This document shows positions 56,860 through 64,000 of a stretch of 64,000 nucleotides of DNA, piece after piece. Where the stretch lies: contig JAJZPO010000002.1 of the NCBI GenBank assembly GCA_021811155.1, positions 6,042-70,041 of the forward strand. Direction: 5' to 3'. Origin of the DNA: Bacillota bacterium (lineage in GTDB: Bacteria > Bacillota > Desulfitobacteriia > Desulfitobacteriales > JAJXUE01). Under the pieces are notes generated by a model. It was not told where the DNA came from and searched no databases. It was given only the letters and a program-made list of their open reading frames with translations. Numbering within the stretch: the stretch's first letter is position 1; each line of letters opens with the position of its first letter. The translations under genes and the position numbers were made by a program.

Positions 56860-57477
56860 CTAAACCTGCAACGGGTCCATGCCCTGAGTCCAGGGTTTCA
56901 CATAGGCAATGCCTTTTTCAAACCTGAAAATCATCACCTCACTGCCTTGAGGGATAAGGGAATTATCTACTGCTTTGGCGCCGCAGGTATGCCTGGTACC
57001 GTGCAGGGAATAGACAATTTCGCCTGCTCCCCCCGCGTTTATTTGGGAGGATACCCGGGCGATGGTGCCCGGCAGGTAAAAGTCGCTGCTGCGCAGCGGG
57101 TTGGTTTGGCCCTTAAGAAGTATTTTGGTCAGGAAAAGATATACTATGTAGGCTCCAAGAATCCCACCGAGGACAGAAAGGAGAATGACAGGAAAGAGTC
57201 CCAACCCACCGTACATGCGCAGGCCAAAGCCTACCCCGCCAAACCAAGTGAGAAACATGGTTATGGAACTGAAGTTCAACAAAGAGACTCCATCGGAAGC
57301 ATCCCCCATGTGGTCCGCCCCATTCGGGCCGTGCAGATCCCCATGCCAGTCTGTCCCGCCGCCAGGCACATCGGCCCCACCGGTGTGGACGGCGTGGAAC
57401 AGGAAGGATACCCCGCTAAGCAAAAAGCCTATCAGGAAGCTCAAAAGGTATAAAGAAGTTATGAAGTCGAATGACAC
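56860..57477 (-). CDS. NfeD-family membrane protein (YuaF-like)
   Basis: TM helices plus a C-terminal OB-fold (GTIARVSS...GEIVY...GSEVMIFRFEKGIAYV). GTG 57477 lies 7 nt after GGGAGG; the ORF track starts at 57519. Confidence 0.8.
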   Translation of the reverse strand: MSFDFITSLYLLSFLIGFLLSGVSFLFHAVHTGGADVPGGGTDWHGDLHGPNGADHMGDASDGVSLLNFSSITMFLTWFGGVGFGLRMYGGLGLFPVILLSVLGGILGAYIVYLFLTKILLKGQTNPLRSSDFYLPGTIARVSSQINAGGAGEIVYSLHGTRHTCGAKAVDNSLIPQGSEVMIFRFEKGIAYVKPWTQGMDPLQV

Positions 57478-57869
57478 ATTTTCACCTCCCTTTACCCATG
57501 TTTCTCTAAATATTGGCAATAATCCTGCTGAAATGTCAAATTTGGCCTCTAATTTGTGTTCGCCCTATTATACTTACGAGCAGCATAACCTTCAGCAGAA
57601 CCAGAAGACGAAGCAAAAATCATGTTCGGACCCGCCGCAAAGCAGACCGGTGTCTCCAATCTCACTTGGGTACCCGTCTGGCAGTTCGGCGCGCTTTTAT
57701 ACAGGTAAAGGGGAACCTTTGTCCTTTTGGACAGCCGTTCCCCTTTAGCAGCACTATTCTCCCTGTCTAGAGGCTCTTTCCCAGAAAGTGCATTGAGATT
57801 GAGCCGTAAGCCAGGGCCACTTTTTTCTCCCTGGCCGTCCGTGATCACAATGCACCTCATTTGCCACCA

Positions 57870-58694
57870 TCAAAACTTGTAAAGGTCGAGGATTTGCACT
57901 GCATCGTTAACCAAGTCTATAAGATGCACACAGCCTTGCCCTTTGCCCAAAAGACCGGCAATCACTTTCTTATCCAGGCCTTTAACCCCTAGGCCCACCA
58001 TGTCCTGCAAGAAGCCTGAGGCTTCCCGGCAGACCTTGTCAGGTGTACGGTGCAGGGTGCCGGCTGCTCTTACAACCCGAAAGTCATCAGCATTCAGTTC
58101 CAGGTTGACGGAGACCTGGTGGAAAGAGTCGCTCAGGTTGCCGGTTAAGAGATATGTTCCTTCATTCAGGCTGTATAAGGTCTGGGTCTTGAAGCGCACA
58201 AATAGGTTCCCCTCGCGCTGCTCTTCCCCAACGTGCTGGAACCAGCCCGTCTCAACCCGGTCCAGATTGCTGTAATATCGGCACGAACCGGCATAATATT
58301 CCGCCCAGTAGCGGCTGTACTCCTCGGCCGAATTGTAGCCGCGCCGGTCCCAGAGAAAAGTCTCGCCCTGGATAAGCCCTTTTACTGTTTCCGCAAACAG
58401 AGGAACTGCCAAGGGGTCAGCCAGATACTGCGCCACCTGACGCAGGGCTGCTCCGGCATTAAAATATGCTTCCTGGCCGTGCAGCACTGGCACAGTCCGC
58501 ACCGAGGTGCCGGATTTGCCGGCTGTGCGGTGCTCTTCCCAGATTGCTTCCCTGACCCTAAAGTCCTGCACATTTACCGTCAGACGGGCGGCAGTTTCCC
58601 GCTCGCTGTCCACATAACAGGTTTCAGCCTGCAGCAGGTCATCACCGCTGCGACGTACCGAGGTGTACCAATTGCGCTGGAATAACGAATTCAT
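57870..58694 (-). CDS. DUF2889-like protein
   Basis: 274 aa, two similar halves, C-terminal GKGQGCVHLIDL (GC.HL motif as I recall it for DUF2889). Confidence 0.6.
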   Translation of the reverse strand: MNSLFQRNWYTSVRRSGDDLLQAETCYVDSERETAARLTVNVQDFRVREAIWEEHRTAGKSGTSVRTVPVLHGQEAYFNAGAALRQVAQYLADPLAVPLFAETVKGLIQGETFLWDRRGYNSAEEYSRYWAEYYAGSCRYYSNLDRVETGWFQHVGEEQREGNLFVRFKTQTLYSLNEGTYLLTGNLSDSFHQVSVNLELNADDFRVVRAAGTLHRTPDKVCREASGFLQDMVGLGVKGLDKKVIAGLLGKGQGCVHLIDLVNDAVQILDLYKF

Positions 58695-58774
58695 CCCTTA
58701 TTCTCCCCCAACAGTTCTTTTTTTGTAATATTCTGTCGCATCCCCGCGAAGTCCTGCTCTTGTTCGGCTAAGGT

Positions 58775-58872
58775 ACAAGAAATGCGCGCTTCGTTTTTCC
58801 TCAGCGCGCGCATTTCAGCGCCCGTGTTCGACATACTCGGCTAAAGTTGCCGAGTATGTACTTTCCTGAGGT
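58775..58872 (-). repeat. Intergenic two-hairpin repeat, copy C
   Basis: Its reverse complement matches copy A (1575..1672) over about 98 nt, with a handful of substitutions. Confidence 0.75.
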
Positions 58873-58873
58873 G

Positions 58874-58902
58874 TTAAAAAGCCGCGCCAGACGGGGCGCG
58901 GC
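58874..58902 (-). terminator. Rho-independent terminator of the CoA-binding protein gene
   Basis: The minus strand reads gccgcgcc-ccgtct-ggcgcggc followed by tttttaa. Confidence 0.75.
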
Positions 58903-58925
58903 ATGGAATGTCTATACAGGTGGGT

Positions 58926-59327
58926 TTAAGCAAACAGACGGCGGTGCTCGCGCATGATACACAAGTCTGTGATCAGCTCAAGCCCCATTGCCCGGGCCTT
59001 GTCGGCATCATCAGGGGATATGGTGCTCAGTTGGTACCACACTGTTTTGTACCCGGTAGCGGCGCACTCCTGGGCTACTTTCAGCGCGTCCTCAGGCCGC
59101 CGGAACACATCGACGATATCCACCGGCTCCGAGATCTCCGCCAGGCTGGCTTTGCATTCCTGGCCCAGAATTGATTCGGCCGCTGGGTTCACGGGGATGA
59201 TGCGGTAACCGTGCTGCAGCAAGTACTCAGCCACCCTGTAGCTGTCTTTTGCCTGATTAGTGGACAAGCCCACCACGGCGATGGTCCTGGCGGAACGCAA
59301 CAGTTCTTTTTCTTCTGAGTCTGTCAT
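58926..59327 (-). CDS. CoA-binding protein (YccU/YneT-like)
   Basis: 133 aa. IAVVGLS...YRVAEYLLQHGYRIIPVNP...VDIVDVFRRPE. Confidence 0.88.
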   Translation of the reverse strand: MTDSEEKELLRSARTIAVVGLSTNQAKDSYRVAEYLLQHGYRIIPVNPAAESILGQECKASLAEISEPVDIVDVFRRPEDALKVAQECAATGYKTVWYQLSTISPDDADKARAMGLELITDLCIMREHRRLFA

Positions 59328-59411
59328 GATTGATTCCCCCTCTTGATAATTACTAACCCCTCATATCTCTGGTATTTGCTTTTTCCGCCTTCCGAACCCT
59401 GGTGCAAAGCT

Positions 59412-60383
59412 CTACACTAGAGAATACATGTCCACCCCGCCGGACTGGCTTAGCTTCATTTCTCCCCTGTAAACCAGGTACATCAGATGCGCCAGGGTTT
59501 CCGCCATGGCGAAGCGGAGTTCATGCATAGACAGTTCCTGGGGGAAAATTTGCAGACAAACTTGGTAGGCAGTAGCCCCTTGGCCCGTGCTTTCTTTAAC
59601 CAGAGCAAGCCTTTCCCGGTGGTGTTCCAGGAGTTGGCCTATTCTTTCCGCCATGGTGGTGAAAGGCCTGCCGTGCGCGGGCAGCACCAGTTCACAGGGT
59701 AACCCCTCGATGGAGCGCAAAGCCGTCAGAAAGTTGTCCAGCGGGTTGCGGTCTGCGCCGGGATCGGGCCAGAGGCTGATGTTGGAGGAAATCCCCGGCA
59801 GGAGATGGTCCCCGGACAGCAGTACCTGGAACTCTTCATTGTAATAGCATATATGTCCGTCGGTATGGCCCGGAGTGAGAATCACCTTGTAGGAATAGTC
59901 TCCTAACCGGACAGAATCGCCGGGCTGGAGGGTCTGTACTTCGGAGTGGGGCCTGGTAAAGGGCAGGAGCCTGGACATCGCCTCAATAACCGGCAGAGTG
60001 ACCTCCAACGGCATGCCGTTAGCTGTGAACATCTCTTGCATGGCCTGTAAAATCCAGTCTCCGTGCTTCCAATACCTTTCCACTCTCTCGGCGTCGATCC
60101 CGCCGATGTAAACAGGCGCTCCGCTCTGCTCCTGCAGCCAACCTGAAGCGCCGTAATGATCAGGATGAAAGTGGGTAAGGTAGATGCCTCGGATATCCTG
60201 GCTTTGAATCGAATGTTCAGCGAAAAACTTCTGCCAGGATCCCCTGCCTGCTTCATTGCTTAGGCCTGAATCCACCAGATACCAGCCGTCCTGGCCTTTT
60301 ACCGCATAGCAGTTTACATGGTTGAGCTTGAAAGGCAGGGGGTGCCGCGCCTGGTAAATTCCCAATTGCTCGTGAACCAACAT
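59412..60383 (-). CDS. MBL-fold metallo-hydrolase
   Basis: THFHPDHYG (HxHxDH), TPGHTDGH, and a C-terminal winged-helix-like extension. Confidence 0.88.
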   Translation of the reverse strand: MLVHEQLGIYQARHPLPFKLNHVNCYAVKGQDGWYLVDSGLSNEAGRGSWQKFFAEHSIQSQDIRGIYLTHFHPDHYGASGWLQEQSGAPVYIGGIDAERVERYWKHGDWILQAMQEMFTANGMPLEVTLPVIEAMSRLLPFTRPHSEVQTLQPGDSVRLGDYSYKVILTPGHTDGHICYYNEEFQVLLSGDHLLPGISSNISLWPDPGADRNPLDNFLTALRSIEGLPCELVLPAHGRPFTTMAERIGQLLEHHRERLALVKESTGQGATAYQVCLQIFPQELSMHELRFAMAETLAHLMYLVYRGEMKLSQSGGVDMYSLV

Positions 60384-60682
60384 AGCGTATCTCCTTGCAT
60401 AGATATTTTTAAATCTCCCTGCCTCAATCCTACCAGATCAAGGGCTGCTTTGAAAAAAGGAAGTTCCTCTAACCCGGTGATTACGGCCCGTTACTCACAG
60501 TGTCAGAAACAAATGCGGCGCTGTCCCAACCTTCAGAACCTTAAGAATATGTTCCACCGCACAAATACCCCCCTACCCTAGGGGTCATTTAAGTCTAGCA
60601 TAGGCCAAAGTCTGCAAATCGTCAAGAAATTCGCAACCTATTGGAGTCGAACCTGACTGGCGGTCCGGGTCGTGTGAACAGT

Positions 60683-61567
60683 TCATGCCTCACTATCTCC
60701 TGCCGGCAGAGCCGGGTGCCGGGCGCAGTTGGCGTAACAGTAAAGGCAGCCGGTATAACACGCTTTGGTATAGTAACCGCCGACATCTATGGCATGGGTA
60801 CAGCCGCACAATTCCCTGGTACGGGGCTGGAAGGAACTGCAGGGCAGCTTTAGAGGGTGCAGTTCAGCCAGAACCTGGGCGTCGATGCAGCTGCTTTCCG
60901 GCGCTCCTGGCACGGCACAAGCATCCAAGGCTATGCCCAATTTGGCGCTGTATGAGGAAAGTTCCCGCCAGATTTCCGTCTTTTCCTCCGGGCTGTGCGC
61001 TTGAACATCAAACCCTGCCCTGGTGAGGCGGTTTTGCACTTTCGGGTAATAACAGGTAAAACTCGTAACATAGCGCTTGATGCCGAGGGCCGCCCCCCGG
61101 GCCAGAATCTTCCTGAGCAGGCTGAGGTTGTCATACAGCCTCTCCCCTCTTCTTGCTCGAAAAATCGGGTCCACCCGCAGCTTGATATGATCCGGCCCCC
61201 CGGCGAAATCAATCAGGTCAGGCAATGTACGGAAAGTGTCCTCCCAAACCGGGGCCAGAGGCTCTACCTCGGTGCCGCCCAGGCCGGTTACTGTCAGGTG
61301 TATATAAAGATTATCGAATCCCTTCAAGGTCTGCCGCATCTCAGGCAGAAGGACAGCTGATGCGAACTTGGTCCAGAGGACAAGGGAATGCACCTTGGCC
61401 GGAGGATAGCGGTGACTTAGAATCTCCCGCAGCTCAGGCGCATACCACTTAACCATATCCGTCCGGCGAGAGGCGGAGATTACCACCTTATCCCCTTTTG
61501 CCGGCTTAGGCTTGTGATTATACGTACGCTCCGGCAACCAGGTGAGTTGGATCTCTTCAGTCGCCAT
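60683..61567 (-). CDS. DUF1848-like protein
   Basis: 294 aa. C-terminal Cys cluster [27 protein letters not shown], as I recall for DUF1848. Overlaps the ftsK stop by 11 nt. Confidence 0.7.
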   Translation of the reverse strand: MATEEIQLTWLPERTYNHKPKPAKGDKVVISASRRTDMVKWYAPELREILSHRYPPAKVHSLVLWTKFASAVLLPEMRQTLKGFDNLYIHLTVTGLGGTEVEPLAPVWEDTFRTLPDLIDFAGGPDHIKLRVDPIFRARRGERLYDNLSLLRKILARGAALGIKRYVTSFTCYYPKVQNRLTRAGFDVQAHSPEEKTEIWRELSSYSAKLGIALDACAVPGAPESSCIDAQVLAELHPLKLPCSSFQPRTRELCGCTHAIDVGGYYTKACYTGCLYCYANCARHPALPAGDSEA

Positions 61568-63716
61568 ATTGGGCTTTGAACTCTTCCAAGGTCATCAGTA
61601 CCTGGCGGGGCTTGCTGCCTTCAAATCCCCCTACTACCCCTTTTTGCTCCAGCAAGTCCATCAAACGGGCCGCCCTGGTATAGCCCACCCTCAGCCTGCG
61701 CTGCAGCAAGGATACAGAAGCCATGTTGCTGGTAATAAACAGGCGGGCAGCTTCCGCAAAAAGCTCATCATCTGCCATCTCTTCCCCGGCTGCCGCCACC
61801 TGGTCGGCAAAGTCCGGCGTGAGGTATTCGGGTTGGGCCTGGCCCTTCCAGTGCTTGACCACCCGTTCCACTTCCTGGTCGGAGAGAAAACAACCCTGAA
61901 CCCGCAGCGGCTTGGCCATCCCCAGCGGGTAGTAGAGCATATCCCCTTTGCCCAGCAGTTTTTCCGCTCCGTTTCCGTCCAGGATGGTGCGGGAATCGAT
62001 CTGGGAGCTGACCGCAAAGGCAATGCGGGAAGGAATATTGGCTTTGATTATACCCGTTATGACGTCCACCGAGGGCCTTTGCGTTGCCACTACCAGGTGG
62101 ATTCCAGCCGCTCTCGCCATCTGGGCCAGACGGCAGATGGCTTCTTCCACGTCTCCAGGGGCCACTAGCATCAGGTCGGCCAATTCATCGATCAAGACCA
62201 CTATGTAGGGCAGGGCAGGCTGGGGTGCAATAACTTCGTTATAGCGGTTGATATCCCGCACACCGGCAGCGGCAAAGAGTTCATAGCGGTTTTCCATTTC
62301 ATTCACTATCCAGCGCAGGGCAGCGGCGGCCTTCTTCGGATCGGTAACCACCGGAGCGATCAGATGGGGAATACCGTTGTACTTCGCCAGTTCCACCATC
62401 TTGGGATCTATGAGCAAAAACTTCACCTCATGGGGCAGAGCGGTATAGAGAATGCTGCTGATGATGGTGTTCATGCATACGCTCTTGCCGGAACCGGTGG
62501 CGCCTGCGACGAGAAGATGGGGCATACGGGCCAGGTCCGCCACAACAGGCTTGCCCGCGATGTCCTTGCCCAAGGCTACTTTGAGCTTGGAGTCCAGCTT
62601 AAATTCATCCGCTTCCAAAACCTCGCGGAATTTGACCTGGTTTACTTTTTTGTTGGGAACTTCTATCCCCACGGCTGACTTGCCGGGTATGGGCGCTTCA
62701 ATCCGCACATCTGGCGCCGCCAATGCCAGGGCCATGTCATCAGCAAGGTTGACAATCCTGCTAATCTTGATTCCAGGCGCGGGCTGGACTTCATAGCGCG
62801 TAATAGCCGGTCCCTGGGAAATTTCTGTGACCTTGATCTTGACCCCAAAGTTGTTCAAAACCTCTTCCAGGAGTTGGCCGTTTTGCTGCGCTTCCCCGTC
62901 CAGGCGAGCCGCCTGAGGCACGGGCGGGTCCAGCAAAACGGCCGGCGGGACGGCTATTTCCCTGGGCTCCCTCCGCCAATGCGCCATCGGATTTGCCTCT
63001 GGTTCTGCTTCCTCCTCAGCCTTAGGAGGGGCGGACGGAAACGGGATTACCGGCTTTTCCCGGGGCTGGACGTCCTTCTCTGGGCCTGTTTCGGCTTTTC
63101 GTCCTGACGCCCGGTTGATGAAACCGCGCAACCCGCCAGCCCTGACTGGAACTTCTGCTTCGTCGGGAGGGAGTTCAACCACGGCGCTAACTGTTTTTTC
63201 TTCCACTGGGGCTGCCTGGTTTTCGTCAAAGTAATCAGCGAACTTATTGCCAAGCATAACCAGTTTGGCCTGACTGCTTTGGGCGGAACCAAAATAGCTG
63301 TTAAAGTCTTTGCCGATGTCCTCCAAGTCCGGAGCCGGCGCTGTTTGCTTGTGCTCGTTCAAGGGGTCGTCATCGGCGAAGTAAGTGTTGAAGCCGCGAC
63401 CCTTAGTGACAATGTCCTTTCCGGCGCTCTTTTGCGGCTTTTCCTTCGCCTGAGGCTCTTTAACTCTGGGTTTTTCTTGTGAACGGTAAATCACCAGGAA
63501 AAATCCGATCAGGGCGGTAATAAAGGGCCCAATCCAGGCCGACCTGCCCAAAAAACTCTGAAATAACCCAGCCATACCCCTGCCAACCGCTCCGCCTGCG
63601 CTGAAGAAACCAGCCAGGCCTACGGCAGAAAGGCAGATTATCAGCACGCCGGCGGTATTCATCCAAATACTTGGCTTTAGAGCAGCGCCGGAGGCGCCTT
63701 GTTTTGATTTAGGCAT
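61557..63716 (-). CDS. ftsK: DNA translocase FtsK/SpoIIIE
   Basis: N-terminal TM helices, a Pro/Glu-rich linker, motor domain ([32 protein letters not shown]) and a gamma-domain wHTH at the C-terminus. Confidence 0.93.
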   Translation of the reverse strand: MPKSKQGASGAALKPSIWMNTAGVLIICLSAVGLAGFFSAGGAVGRGMAGLFQSFLGRSAWIGPFITALIGFFLVIYRSQEKPRVKEPQAKEKPQKSAGKDIVTKGRGFNTYFADDDPLNEHKQTAPAPDLEDIGKDFNSYFGSAQSSQAKLVMLGNKFADYFDENQAAPVEEKTVSAVVELPPDEAEVPVRAGGLRGFINRASGRKAETGPEKDVQPREKPVIPFPSAPPKAEEEAEPEANPMAHWRREPREIAVPPAVLLDPPVPQAARLDGEAQQNGQLLEEVLNNFGVKIKVTEISQGPAITRYEVQPAPGIKISRIVNLADDMALALAAPDVRIEAPIPGKSAVGIEVPNKKVNQVKFREVLEADEFKLDSKLKVALGKDIAGKPVVADLARMPHLLVAGATGSGKSVCMNTIISSILYTALPHEVKFLLIDPKMVELAKYNGIPHLIAPVVTDPKKAAAALRWIVNEMENRYELFAAAGVRDINRYNEVIAPQPALPYIVVLIDELADLMLVAPGDVEEAICRLAQMARAAGIHLVVATQRPSVDVITGIIKANIPSRIAFAVSSQIDSRTILDGNGAEKLLGKGDMLYYPLGMAKPLRVQGCFLSDQEVERVVKHWKGQAQPEYLTPDFADQVAAAGEEMADDELFAEAARLFITSNMASVSLLQRRLRVGYTRAARLMDLLEQKGVVGGFEGSKPRQVLMTLEEFKAQYGD

Positions 63717-63898
63717 GACATCCCCCTGTATTAATCAATTCTAGTAATAATTATGGATTAATCAGGGAATCTTGTCAAACCTCCTCGCTATTGGTAAAAG
63801 GATGTTGATCCATAGAACTAAGAGTTATTTTGGTACTTTTCCCAAGACCTTCCACATGAATCGGTGACATTTGTGTGGTAATGAGGGTTCGGCAAACA

Positions 63899-64000
63899 TC
63901 AATATGCAGTGGTTATATATGACGTTGACTCCATTCTTTTTGCAGATGTCAATAGCGCTTGAGGTTTCAGCCCCTTGCTGTATCCAGAAATAATAAAACT
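63899..64000 (-). CDS. 3' end of a minus-strand gene extending beyond the window (unknown product)
   Basis: The minus-strand frame is open from base 64000 to TGA at 63901-63899 (...ISGYSKGLKPQALLTSAKRMESTSYITTAY*). Confidence 0.3.
   Translation of the reverse strand, partial: SFIISGYSKGLKPQALLTSAKRMESTSYITTAY

Noticed and set aside
57549-57860. 103-aa minus-strand ORF between the DUF2889 and nfeD genes.
   Set aside because: It has no RBS, runs through two stable hairpins and the nfeD promoter, and has a composition atypical for the local genes.

Overview
This 64-kb window looks like core chromosome of a spore-forming, anaerobic Firmicute (Clostridia/Peptococcaceae-like, about 50% GC). Supporting genes are miaA-hfq, typA, spoVK-hflX-ynbB synteny, cotF-like coat genes, a lexA/yneA-like SOS divergon, ddl, murJ, ktrAB, pckA, nfeD-flotillin and ftsK. 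About 65 protein genes are supported. I found no rRNA, tRNA, CRISPR array or intact mobile element. The best candidate for an undescribed system is a seven-gene cluster at 4.0-8.5 kb. It encodes a thioredoxin/thioredoxin-reductase fusion, an ArsM-like methyltransferase, and a 39-aa five-Cys peptide too short for the ORF track (6167..6286, CC-x9-CC-x9-C). Downstream are an N-terminally extended radical-SAM/SPASM enzyme, an FmdB zinc ribbon, a 2x[4Fe-4S] ferredoxin and a coiled-coil protein. A TATACCC-N5-GGGTATA palindrome precedes this cluster. It recurs, perfect or variant, in front of two other sulfur/redox-flavoured transcription units at 47.2 and 48.2 kb, which suggests a regulon whose repressor is not encoded here. 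Other notable items: a c-di-GMP-I riboswitch with terminator in front of an HD-GYP phosphodiesterase; a roughly 100-nt two-hairpin intergenic repeat in three copies, always just after a terminator, one copy carrying a roughly 115-nt insertion; a roughly 120-nt nested hairpin with a GAAA apex plus TTCAGAA heptamer repeats between hfq and typA; an HflX with an N-terminal RadC/JAB-like HxHPxGxPxxSxxD domain; extra LexA boxes in front of a small HTH-like ORF and a D,D-carboxypeptidase; and two AT-rich patches with gene remnants. All functional calls come from motifs read by eye. No database search was run.
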